From Clostridia bacterium (GTDB lineage: Bacteria; Bacillota; Clostridia; Christensenellales; UBA1242), in assembly GCA_016283155.1 (NCBI GenBank), contig JAEEMI010000019.1:64093-128092 (forward strand): 64,000 nucleotides of DNA, in the 5' to 3' direction. A model generated the notes under the pieces. That model did not search any database. It was not told where the DNA came from and was given only the letters and a program-made list of their open reading frames with translations. Below, in pieces: positions 17,248 through 26,303 of the stretch (positions within the stretch are counted from its first letter, which is position 1; each line of letters starts with the position of its first letter). The translations under genes and the position numbers were made by a program.

Positions 17248-18129
17248 ATGGATTATTTTGATAAACAAGAAATTACTAGGATGCTTGCAAGTCTTAAAAA
17301 TGAATCGGTAACGAAATGTATTATATCTTTAGCCAATCAAGAAAGATCAATCAGTGCCTTTTCACGTGGATTAAGGGCTTTATTATCTGCACGAAATCCA
17401 TTTGATTTAACTAGTGTCGAATCAGCTTTTCAATTAGCGATTGACGAAATTTCTAATCTCAAAAACACTGGTTACAAAAGTTGGACGGCAGAAAAAACCG
17501 GTTTATATTTGTTCGCTTTACAATATATTATATTGCATTTAAATGAAATTGAATTACCATATCAGAAACAAAATACCTATAAACCTAAATTAGTTACATC
17601 AATTAATGAAATTGACCAAAAATGTCGTGATTTAGGAGTCTCTCCGAAAATTATGCACGAACAATGTTATAGCACTGAGTATAAATTTCCGGAAGTCGCC
17701 ATTTTAAGTAATTTTGAATTGTTTGAAGTTAATCGTGCCAATGACTTTAAAATTCGTTTAGAGAAATATAAAACAACCCATAAAAAAGAAGACCTTTATG
17801 AGGTTGGTACTTATCATAAATTATCTAAACAAAACTTAAACGTACAACAAACGCAAACTGAATTAACCCAAAATCAATATCAAAATTTAATGGAAGGATT
17901 GATTCGTCATATGAAACGTGTTTTTCTCTTTGCAGATTTTGATTTAAAAACTTATAACGAAAATTACATTAAAGTGAATAACGAAATCCGTAAATTATGG
18001 AAAATGAGTGGAAAAGATATTAAAGCAGCTAATAATGCAATTAAATCGTTCCATAAATATTTGATTGAAAAAGAGAACAATCCAATTGTTGCATACGAAT
18101 CAGGAAAAAACTCAGGTAAAATTCAATAA
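17248..18129 (+). CDS. hypothetical protein (293 aa)
   Basis: Long ORF with no recognisable motif. Arg-codon usage is mixed (AGG/AGA and CGN). Confidence 0.55.
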   Translation: MDYFDKQEITRMLASLKNESVTKCIISLANQERSISAFSRGLRALLSARNPFDLTSVESAFQLAIDEISNLKNTGYKSWTAEKTGLYLFALQYIILHLNEIELPYQKQNTYKPKLVTSINEIDQKCRDLGVSPKIMHEQCYSTEYKFPEVAILSNFELFEVNRANDFKIRLEKYKTTHKKEDLYEVGTYHKLSKQNLNVQQTQTELTQNQYQNLMEGLIRHMKRVFLFADFDLKTYNENYIKVNNEIRKLWKMSGKDIKAANNAIKSFHKYLIEKENNPIVAYESGKNSGKIQ

Positions 18130-18144
18130 ATTTGGTTTTATAAT

Positions 18145-18173
18145 TTGCCCATAACCACTTCTTATGCTATAAT
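18145..18173 (+). promoter_or_regulatory. sigmaA-type extended -10 promoter placed 7 nt from the ATG of the ABC ATPase
   Basis: TTGCCC, 17-nt spacer, TGCTATAAT. The predicted +1 coincides with the A of the ATG at 18180. No SD. Confidence 0.5.
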
Positions 18174-18179
18174 AGTTAA

Positions 18180-18881
18180 ATGTTAAAGATTAATCATTTA
18201 AGTAAAACTTACGCTGATGGCAAGGTTGGTGTTAAGGATTTAAACTTGTCAGTTGATGCAGGAGACATCTGCGCTTTTATTGGACCAAACGGTTCAGGTA
18301 AGACTACAACGATTCGTTGTGTAGTAGGAACATTAAACTTTGAAGAAGGTGAAATTTTAATTGATAACCATTCTGTTAAAGCTGACCCAATGGCTTGCAA
18401 ACGTATCACTGCTTACATTCCTGACAATCCGGATGTTTATACAACCTTAACTGGTAACGAATATTTGAATTTTGTGGCATCAGTTTATCGTATTTCAGTC
18501 GAAGAGCGTGATAAAGCAATCAAATATTATGCTGAACAATGGGGGTTAACTAATGATTTAGGTTTACCAATCAAATCATATTCTCACGGAATGCGCCAAA
18601 AATTAGTTTTAATTGCGGCTTTTATGCGTAAACCCAAATTATTGGTCTTAGACGAACCATTTGTTGGACTCGATCCACAAGCATCATTTACTTTGAAAAC
18701 TATTATGCAAGAGTTTGTAAAAAATGGTGGTGCAATTTTCTATTCTACTCACGTTTTGGATGTTGCTGAAAAACTTTGTAATAAAGTTGTAATGATTAAA
18801 AACGGAACAATTATTAAACAAGGTACGATGAAAGATATTAAAGCTGATAAGAGTTTGGAAGAGGTATTCTTGAATGCGTAA
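18180..18881 (+). CDS. ABC transporter ATP-binding protein (ABC-2 type)
   Basis: Walker A GPNGSGKTT, signature-like YSHGMRQKL, Walker B LLVLDEPFVGLD, H-loop STH. Confidence 0.9.
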   Translation: MLKINHLSKTYADGKVGVKDLNLSVDAGDICAFIGPNGSGKTTTIRCVVGTLNFEEGEILIDNHSVKADPMACKRITAYIPDNPDVYTTLTGNEYLNFVASVYRISVEERDKAIKYYAEQWGLTNDLGLPIKSYSHGMRQKLVLIAAFMRKPKLLVLDEPFVGLDPQASFTLKTIMQEFVKNGGAIFYSTHVLDVAEKLCNKVVMIKNGTIIKQGTMKDIKADKSLEEVFLNA

Positions 18882-20400
18882 CATAGGAATCTTGTTCAAA
18901 AATTACATTCTTTGTGGAATTGGTAATTTACGCCGTAAAAAAGCAAGAGCAAAAACAATTGTTGGTTTTTGCCTTATCACATTAATATTTGTGGCTAACG
19001 CAGCATTATTTACTTGGATGATGCTTAATATGGCCAAATATTTGGCAGAAACCAATACCCAAGCCGGTGTTTTAGTTTATGGTTTAGTGATTTCGCTGTT
19101 TATGTCGATTATTTTTGCTTTACAAAAAATTACCGGTGGTAAAAAAGCAAACGACACAGAATTACTGTTAAGTATGCCATTCACAAAGGTTGAAATTATG
19201 ATAGCCAAAGCGTTATCACGTCTTTGCTTTAATTTCTTAATAGTAATTATGTTCTTTTTGCCAAGCGTCATTGCTTATATGGTATACACACCATTCAGTA
19301 TTGCAGCCTTTGCTGGTTGTATTACGGTAATGATATTAATCCCATTAATGGCAGTAGGACTTTCGTCATTGGTTGATTATTTAGTTACAGTTTGTTTTTC
19401 TAATTCTAAATTTGGGAACATTTCCAAAGCTGTTATGACATTAATCATTTTAGTTGGCGTAGTCTTCGTTTATGAATTTGCTATTATAGATCCTGCTTCA
19501 CCTTTAATGTTAAAAATGGTGTCTTGGATGATTACTTTTAATCCTTTTGTTATGTGGCCGTTAATTGGTGGTTTTGTCGCATTTTTCGTAATTGGTAACT
19601 GGTTAAACGCATTGTTATTAAACAGGGAAGGACGCGCAACACAATATAAGTCAGTTGCAATTAGTTCAAAAACAACAACACCATTTAAATCAATTTTAAA
19701 AAATGAAACTAACCGCTATTTTAATTCACCAACAATGATGTTAAATACTTTAATTGGTCCATTAGGTATGATAGCGCTAACCATTTGGTTAGCGGTTGAT
19801 CACGCACAGACAGTACTAACAATGGTTTGCTTTGCAATGGGATTACCAGTTGAAATTGGATATCTAATTATTGCTTTGGTTTTTGCTGCTTTAACAATAT
19901 TAACTTATCCAGCGGCATTTTCAATTTCATTAGAAGGCAAACAATTATGGATTTTACGTAGTATGCCAATACCAGCTCACACAATTTTAAACGCAAAAAT
20001 TTTATTCAACATTATTTTGGTTGCTCCTATATCATTAATTTGTAGCGTAATTTTACAAATTACATTGCAATTATCTGCATTTAATTTCATTATGTTACTT
20101 GTAATTCCAATTTTGGCTAACGTTCTAATATCTTATATGGGAGTTTTTATTAATTTATGTTTTCCAAAACTTGAATTTGAAAGCGAAAATGCTGTGATTA
20201 AACAAAGTATGAGTTCGTTGATTATGATGTTAGGTGGTATGATTGTTATCATGGCATTAATCGGTTTAACAATTCTTTTAATTCAATATATTTCTGCCAT
20301 CTTTATCGCAATCATTATTATTGGAATTTTGACAATAATGCTCGGCGTTGCAATGACATTAAATTATACTATTGGACAACGCATTTTTAATCGTTTGTAA
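18874..20400 (+). CDS. polytopic membrane protein, putative ABC-2 permease partner
   Basis: 8-nt overlap with the ATPase gene. More than 10 hydrophobic segments in 508 aa. Confidence 0.7.
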   Translation: MRNIGILFKNYILCGIGNLRRKKARAKTIVGFCLITLIFVANAALFTWMMLNMAKYLAETNTQAGVLVYGLVISLFMSIIFALQKITGGKKANDTELLLSMPFTKVEIMIAKALSRLCFNFLIVIMFFLPSVIAYMVYTPFSIAAFAGCITVMILIPLMAVGLSSLVDYLVTVCFSNSKFGNISKAVMTLIILVGVVFVYEFAIIDPASPLMLKMVSWMITFNPFVMWPLIGGFVAFFVIGNWLNALLLNREGRATQYKSVAISSKTTTPFKSILKNETNRYFNSPTMMLNTLIGPLGMIALTIWLAVDHAQTVLTMVCFAMGLPVEIGYLIIALVFAALTILTYPAAFSISLEGKQLWILRSMPIPAHTILNAKILFNIILVAPISLICSVILQITLQLSAFNFIMLLVIPILANVLISYMGVFINLCFPKLEFESENAVIKQSMSSLIMMLGGMIVIMALIGLTILLIQYISAIFIAIIIIGILTIMLGVAMTLNYTIGQRIFNRL

Positions 20401-20416
20401 CCTATAATATATTATA

Positions 20417-20920
20417 GTGAAAAAATTTATTACGGTAACAGTTTTGTTACTGGTTATTTTAGTGGGTACCTGGATAATCCTTTTTAATATTTGTTACCCA
20501 CTACAATATCAACAAGAAATTTTGGCCGCATCAATAGAATATAATGTTGACCCCGTATTAATCGCATCAGTTATTAATGCCGAAAGCAGTTTTGATAAAA
20601 ACAAAGTTTCTCCTAAATCAGCAATTGGTTTAATGCAACTTTTACCATCAACAGCAACGTCAATTACAAATGAAACAGAAATTAACTTATTTGATCCGGC
20701 TACAAATATAATGCTTGGTGTGAAATACTTAGCTTATTTAATTAATAAATTTGGCGATGTTGATACAGCTTTATTTGCTTATAATGCAGGAGAGGGCAAT
20801 GTTAGTAAATGGTTAACACAACAAGAGAAAAACAAATTAAACACTTGTCCATTTAAAGAAACCAATGCTTATGTTGCAAAAATAAAAAAGAGTTTGAAAT
20901 ACTATCGTGGCAGAATTTAA
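20417..20920 (+). CDS. lytic transglycosylase (SLT domain), membrane-anchored
   Basis: N-terminal TM segment. Catalytic motif INAESSFD and GLMQLLPSTA, plus AYNAGEGNV. Confidence 0.85.
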   Translation: MKKFITVTVLLLVILVGTWIILFNICYPLQYQQEILAASIEYNVDPVLIASVINAESSFDKNKVSPKSAIGLMQLLPSTATSITNETEINLFDPATNIMLGVKYLAYLINKFGDVDTALFAYNAGEGNVSKWLTQQEKNKLNTCPFKETNAYVAKIKKSLKYYRGRI

Positions 20921-20957
20921 TGTCAACTTTTACTATATAAAGTCATATTGATTGGTT

Positions 20958-21584
20958 ATGGAAAATACAATACAAAATTGGGAACAAATGACATATCCAT
21001 TTACTAATTTAACATTAAATTATAATTTAAATGCTTTAGAACCTTATATTGACACTAGAACGATGCACGAACATTATGATTTGTTAGCAGATTATATTAA
21101 AAACCTTAATCAGATTATAGCAACACGCATTGATTTGCAAAATATGAATTTAATTGATTTGTTAAATTACGCGGTTAACAATCAAGATATTGATTTACAT
21201 CGTCAAGCGGGCGGTGTATATAATCACTTTTTCTTTTTCAGTGAATTAAGACCTGCAACTGGACAAATCATTATCGGTATTACACCACAAGCAACAAATA
21301 AGATTATAGCAGCATTCGGTGGCTGGAAAAATTTTAAAGAAAAATTTGCTGAAGTATCTTTAAATTTTTTTGGTTCAGGTTACACTTGGTTAATCAAAAA
21401 CAACAAGAATGAATTAAAAATAATTACAACAACAAACCAGGAGGTACCACTAGGCTGTACACCAATTTTATGTTTAGATATTTGGGAACACGCTTATTAT
21501 TTGCAACATTTAAAAAAGCGCCATACTTATATTGACGCTTTTTGGAATATCGTTGACTGGGTTAAGTTCAGCGAGAAACTTTAA
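20958..21584 (+). CDS. Fe/Mn superoxide dismutase
   Basis: LNALEPYIDTRTMHEH, GGVYNHFFF and DIWEHAYYL. The four metal ligands (His, His, Asp, His) are retained. The ATG at 20958 is preferred over the TTG at 20952. Confidence 0.85.
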   Translation: MENTIQNWEQMTYPFTNLTLNYNLNALEPYIDTRTMHEHYDLLADYIKNLNQIIATRIDLQNMNLIDLLNYAVNNQDIDLHRQAGGVYNHFFFFSELRPATGQIIIGITPQATNKIIAAFGGWKNFKEKFAEVSLNFFGSGYTWLIKNNKNELKIITTTNQEVPLGCTPILCLDIWEHAYYLQHLKKRHTYIDAFWNIVDWVKFSEKL

Positions 21585-21585
21585 T

Positions 21586-22701
21586 TTATTTCAAATTCTC
21601 AGGATTTAAACATTTTAATTCAGGTAATACAAACAAACCATTATCACGAATCAAAACATTATCAAAATAAATCTGACCACCATTATATTCAGGACGCATT
21701 GATAACACAATATCCCAGTGATTTTGACTGTGATTACCATTTGGCGCATCATCATAAGCATTACCTAACGCCATATGGATGGAACCAGAAATTTTTTCGT
21801 CAAATAACGTATCATACATTGGCTTCGTAATATACGGATTAACGCCAAACGAAAACTCTCCCACATATCGAGCACCTTCGTCAACGTTCAATTCAGCGGT
21901 TAATTCTGCGGTATGTGATGAACTCTCTTTAATAACTTTACCGTCTTTAAACTCTAAAGTAATATCATCGTGAATAATACCTTTATGTAAAGATGGAATA
22001 TTAAAATGAATCTTACCATTGATTGATGTTTTCAATGGGGAAGTGTAAATTTCGCCATCTGGAATATTGCAAGAACCAGAACAAATAACAGCTGGTTGAC
22101 CTTTAATAGAGAACGTCAAATCAGTATCTTTAGCGACTAAACGTACTTTATCCGTCTTTTCCATTAACTTTTTCAAATGTTGCATCGCTTTATCCATTTT
22201 TGAATAATCCAGAGTACAAACATCAAAAAAGAAATCTTCAAAAACATCACTGGGCATTTGTGCTAATTGTGCTAACGCTGGGTTAGGATAATTCAAAATT
22301 ACCCAATTAGTTTTACAAACACGTGTATCCATATGAACAGGTTTACCATAAAATTTACTGTAAATCTTTTTCTTCTCATCAGGCACATCACTATTTTCAA
22401 ATTTATTATGCGGTGAACTAATACCAATATAAGCGGATGCTCCTTCAAAAAGAGGTAACGTATATTCACACGCTTTTTTTGCTTGAGTTTCAGTCATTCC
22501 CATCATTACTTCACGACTAATTTCACCATCACTTAAACGAACAAACGGATAAGCACCGATTTGATAGGTTTGACGAACTAATTCTTTAATTAAATCTTTA
22601 GCTTCAACACTAGCTTCAATAATGATTGATTGTCCTTTCTGTAGTTTACAACTGTAATTCAATAAATTGTGGGCTAATTTAACAATACGTTCGTCTTTCA
22701 T
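21586..22701 (-). CDS. aminopeptidase, M29 (AmpS/PepS) family
   Basis: Length and collinear motifs typical of M29: N-terminal KLAHNLLNYSCKLQKGQ and C-terminal GSIHMALG...HWDIV. Confidence 0.8.
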   Translation of the reverse strand: MKDERIVKLAHNLLNYSCKLQKGQSIIIEASVEAKDLIKELVRQTYQIGAYPFVRLSDGEISREVMMGMTETQAKKACEYTLPLFEGASAYIGISSPHNKFENSDVPDEKKKIYSKFYGKPVHMDTRVCKTNWVILNYPNPALAQLAQMPSDVFEDFFFDVCTLDYSKMDKAMQHLKKLMEKTDKVRLVAKDTDLTFSIKGQPAVICSGSCNIPDGEIYTSPLKTSINGKIHFNIPSLHKGIIHDDITLEFKDGKVIKESSSHTAELTAELNVDEGARYVGEFSFGVNPYITKPMYDTLFDEKISGSIHMALGNAYDDAPNGNHSQNHWDIVLSMRPEYNGGQIYFDNVLIRDNGLFVLPELKCLNPENLK

Positions 22702-23928
22702 TTATTTTACCTCCATTTTAAAGATATTCAATTTACCAACTTTAATTTTGACATTTTTTGTCAAATTATAGTTGATTCCTAATTTTTCTTTTGTTTCGAT
22801 ATCTGTTACTGCACCAGCTAAAATCAAACGTTTAATTTCACCATTAGAAGCAAATTTTCCAGAAGTCGCAATTGCATTAAGTAGTGGGGTATTTGGTGCA
22901 ACAGTAACTGTGATAAAATCATCTTCGGTTAATTCACGTTTAGAGAATTTACGTTCAAAATTTTCCCGTTCAGTGCGTCCAATATCCAAATTATTGCCAT
23001 CAATTGAAACAAAATATGTTGCTAATTGTTTTTTAGCCTCTAATGGATTGGCTTCAATAAATTTCTTTAATTCTGGAATTTCTTCGGCATACAAATAACC
23101 GAATGCCTGATAATATTTTAATAATAAATTATCTGGTAACGACATAAATTTACCAAATTTATCTGTTGCTGACGATGTTACAGCAATATAGTTATTGTAA
23201 CTTTTACTCATTTTACGACCATCGCCACTTAAACCTTCCAAAATTGGTGTTCCAAATGCATATTCAGGTTTTTGATTATAAATTTCTTGAACTAAACGAC
23301 ATTGTGAGAAATTCAAAATTTGATCAAGACCACCAAGTTCAATATCCGAGTGCAAATTAACGGAATCCAAACCCATTAATACTGCATAAGTGACTTCGGC
23401 TAATGATACATTTTCAATACGTTTGCGGAAATCTTCGCGTTGAGTTGCAACAGCCAATTTTATGCGTTGTAAAACTGCTAAAAATTCAGTCAACGACATT
23501 TTCGATAACCATTCGCTATTTTTATGAACATTAATTTTATTAATATTGATATATGGCGAAATTTGTTTTACATATGTGGCAAAATTAGCTGCAATTTGTT
23601 CATCAGTAATCATTGCACGTTCTGTATTACGTCCACTGGGATCACCAATTTTAGCGGTATAATCACCAATAATAAAATCAATGTTATGACCACATTTTGA
23701 AAAAATATTCAACATAAAGATAGGGCATAGGTGACCTATATGAATATCGGCACCAGTCGGATCGATCCCAAATTTGATATTCATTTTACCTTTAATGGTT
23801 TTTGGATCAATTGTAGCAGGCAAAGTAACTTGTGTTTTAACACTTACTAATGATAACATTTTTTCCGCTGGTAATTTACTCCAATCTTCATTGAAACGTT
23901 CAAATAATAATTCATCATATCTTTTCAT
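22702..23928 (-). CDS. tyrS: tyrosyl-tRNA synthetase (type 2)
   Basis: GIDPTGADIHIGHL (HIGH), GDYTAKIGDPSG, ELGGLDQILNF, KMSKS, and a C-terminal S4-like domain. Confidence 0.88.
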   Translation of the reverse strand: MKRYDELLFERFNEDWSKLPAEKMLSLVSVKTQVTLPATIDPKTIKGKMNIKFGIDPTGADIHIGHLCPIFMLNIFSKCGHNIDFIIGDYTAKIGDPSGRNTERAMITDEQIAANFATYVKQISPYININKINVHKNSEWLSKMSLTEFLAVLQRIKLAVATQREDFRKRIENVSLAEVTYAVLMGLDSVNLHSDIELGGLDQILNFSQCRLVQEIYNQKPEYAFGTPILEGLSGDGRKMSKSYNNYIAVTSSATDKFGKFMSLPDNLLLKYYQAFGYLYAEEIPELKKFIEANPLEAKKQLATYFVSIDGNNLDIGRTERENFERKFSKRELTEDDFITVTVAPNTPLLNAIATSGKFASNGEIKRLILAGAVTDIETKEKLGINYNLTKNVKIKVGKLNIFKMEVK

Positions 23929-23950
23929 ATTTATCTCCTTAACGACTTAA

Positions 23951-25522
23951 TTAATATGCCTTTGCAAAAAATATTTCGACTTTAGCTGGTTTACCACATT
24001 TAATACAAGTAGCACCTTTTTCGACCACATTATCTAACGGCATTACACGAGTAGAAACTCCGTTAGTTTCGGTTTTAATTACTTCCTCACATTCTGTACA
24101 ATTACACCAAGGTGCTAAAACAAAATTACCTGCATTGATTGCTTTTTTAAATTCAGTAAAGTTTTTAACACGTTTAATATGTTTATCACGATTCTGTTCA
24201 GCATTGGTAAGCATTGTATGCTGAATATTTTCTAACAAATCAGCGACATATCGTTCAATTTGATTTAATTTAATTGTAGTTTTAACTAAAGTATCACGAC
24301 GGAAAATTTGACATTCATTATTTTCAATATCGCGTGGACCGACTTCGATACGCACCGGTACACCTTTCATTTCCCATTGGTTAAACTTCCAGCCTGGGGT
24401 ATTGTTACTATCGTCAATTGCAACACGATAATGTAAATTTAGTAATGTACGTTTAATATTTTCTGCAGTATTTAAAACACCAGGTTTATGTTGTGCCACT
24501 GGAACAATAATAACTTGAATTGGTGCCACACGAGGTGGTAAAACTAAACCTCGATCATCACCGTGCGTCATTACCAACGCACCAATCAAACGGGTAGAAG
24601 TACCAACACTGGTTGTATAAGCATAACGTGAAGTTTTTTGTTCATCTTGAAATTTAATATTAAAGGACTTACTAAAATTTTGTCCTAAATAGTGACTAGT
24701 ACCAACTTGTAGACTTTTGCCGTCTTTCATCATTCCTTCAACACCATATGTAATTTCAGCACCAGCAAACTTTTCCTTTTCGCTCTTTTGACCAATTAAG
24801 ACGGGGAGTGCTAAATAATCGCGGAAAAATTTTTCGTATAAATACAAATCGTCAAGAGCATTTTTCTTGGCCGATTTTGCATCAGCAAAAACTGCGTGTG
24901 CTTCGTGCCACAAAAATTCACTGGTACGCAAGAATGGACGAGTAGTTTTTTCCCAACGAACCACATTACACCATTGATTTAGTTTCATTGGCAATTCTTT
25001 ATGACTTTGTAACCATTTAGACAACATATTCCCAATAATTGTTTCAGAAGTAGGGCGGATGTATAATTTTTCTGGTAAGGCTTCAACACCAACGTGAGTT
25101 ACAGTTGCTAATTCAGGCGCAAAACCAGCTACGTGCTCTTTTTCTTTTTCGATGAACGATGATGGAATCAACATTGGGAAATATGCATTCTGATATTCAC
25201 GTTCTTTTAATTTTTTATCAAGTGCATTTTTAATATTTTCCCATAAAGCAAATCCATATGGGCGAATAACCATTGTGCCTTTAACCGGACCATAATCACA
25301 TAATTCAGTTTTTAAAACAATATCAGTATACCACTGTGGAAAATCCTTTAGCAGGGCAGTAATATTTGACACAAATTTTTTATCTGCCGTGTTTGAATTT
25401 TTGCCATTATTCTTAGTCGTTTTAACTGTCGTTGCTGTATCTTTTTTTATATTTTGTGCAGCGACCGTTGTTTTTCCATTTTTCTTATCGTTTTTCTTAT
25501 CCACAATGATGGTAGTTTTCAT
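23951..25522 (-). CDS. proS: prolyl-tRNA synthetase (archaeal/eukaryote-like type) with Lys/Thr/Asn-rich N-terminal extension
   Basis: DFPQWYTDIVLKTELCDYGPVKG start of the catalytic core, class II motifs, and a C-terminal Zn-binding-type domain ending in AKAY. The ATG is at 25522. The ORF track begins at the TTG at 25540. Confidence 0.9.
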   Translation of the reverse strand: MKTTIIVDKKNDKKNGKTTVAAQNIKKDTATTVKTTKNNGKNSNTADKKFVSNITALLKDFPQWYTDIVLKTELCDYGPVKGTMVIRPYGFALWENIKNALDKKLKEREYQNAYFPMLIPSSFIEKEKEHVAGFAPELATVTHVGVEALPEKLYIRPTSETIIGNMLSKWLQSHKELPMKLNQWCNVVRWEKTTRPFLRTSEFLWHEAHAVFADAKSAKKNALDDLYLYEKFFRDYLALPVLIGQKSEKEKFAGAEITYGVEGMMKDGKSLQVGTSHYLGQNFSKSFNIKFQDEQKTSRYAYTTSVGTSTRLIGALVMTHGDDRGLVLPPRVAPIQVIIVPVAQHKPGVLNTAENIKRTLLNLHYRVAIDDSNNTPGWKFNQWEMKGVPVRIEVGPRDIENNECQIFRRDTLVKTTIKLNQIERYVADLLENIQHTMLTNAEQNRDKHIKRVKNFTEFKKAINAGNFVLAPWCNCTECEEVIKTETNGVSTRVMPLDNVVEKGATCIKCGKPAKVEIFFAKAY

Positions 25523-25650
25523 ACAAATATCAGTATACAATAGATTATATTTTGTTACAAGTTTTAATTCTGTACGGGAATAATTATTTCTGATAAATTT
25601 TTTTGCATTTTTTTAATTTCTTTTATGTTATTTTGTGTTATTTTATATAT

Positions 25651-25684
25651 AAAACTTCGCAAAACTTGTCTTTTGCGAAGTTTT
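25651..25684. promoter_or_regulatory. perfect 14-bp-arm palindrome in the proS/tspO divergent intergenic region
   Basis: AAAACTTCGCAAAA cttgtc TTTTGCGAAGTTTT. It lies upstream of both predicted promoters. Confidence 0.4.
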
Positions 25685-25798
25685 ACAAGGAAAACAAAGT
25701 ACTGGTTTTTTAACACAAATTTAATGGTTTGTATACTCTATTTTACTCGTGTTAAAAATTTTGGTATAAAAATTGCGTTAATTGCACTCAATAATAGC

Positions 25799-26296
25799 AT
25801 GAACATTATGAACGCACAGCCACAAAATAAAAAATTAAAACCTTGGGCAATTGCTTTAATTATTATTGGTGCTACCCTACTTGTCGGAATGATCGGCTCA
25901 CTACTTGGTGGCAAAATGAAGGATACATATATACAACCACCATTATCCCCCGCCAATTGGGTTTTTCCGCTAGTTTGGACCATTAACTATGTGACAATCG
26001 GTTTTGCGGCGTTTTTAACTTTTCAAGCAAACCAAAATCGTGCACGTCGTCGTAATGATTTGATCTGGTATGGGATTCATTTGTTTTTTAATTTACTGTG
26101 GCCATTATTCTTTTTTCGTTTAAATTTATTAGCTTTCTCAATTGTATGGTTAGTTTTAAATATAGTTTCCGCCATTATTGTGGCGTGTCGTTTTTATAAA
26201 TCTTATCTAGCATCCGGAATCATTATGATTATTTATATTACGTGGCTATTTTATGCCTTTTACCTGAACTGCGGCGTAATGGTTTTAAATATCTAA
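25799..26296 (+). CDS. tspO: TspO/MBR family tryptophan-rich sensory protein
   Basis: PPLSPANWVFPLVWTINY and LLWPLFFF, with 5 TM segments. The start is placed at MNIMNAQ. The first 58 codons in the ORF track are unlikely to be translated. Confidence 0.8.
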   Translation: MNIMNAQPQNKKLKPWAIALIIIGATLLVGMIGSLLGGKMKDTYIQPPLSPANWVFPLVWTINYVTIGFAAFLTFQANQNRARRRNDLIWYGIHLFFNLLWPLFFFRLNLLAFSIVWLVLNIVSAIIVACRFYKSYLASGIIMIIYITWLFYAFYLNCGVMVLNI

Positions 26297-26303
26297 ATGA
26301 TTA

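Noticed and set aside
25625-25798. The N-terminal 58 codons of the tspO ORF as given in the track.
   Set aside because: The sequence is unlike TspO and overlaps the palindrome and promoter region. The conserved protein begins near MNIMNAQPQ at 25799.
25541-25800. A T-box riboswitch upstream of proS-tyrS. The same was considered upstream of alaS.
   Set aside because: No T-box consensus (AANNNGGGTGGNACCGCG, or its complement CGCGGTNCCACCC on the plus strand) is visible. The predicted proS promoter abuts the ATG, and alaS has only a 14-nt gap to the upstream gene.
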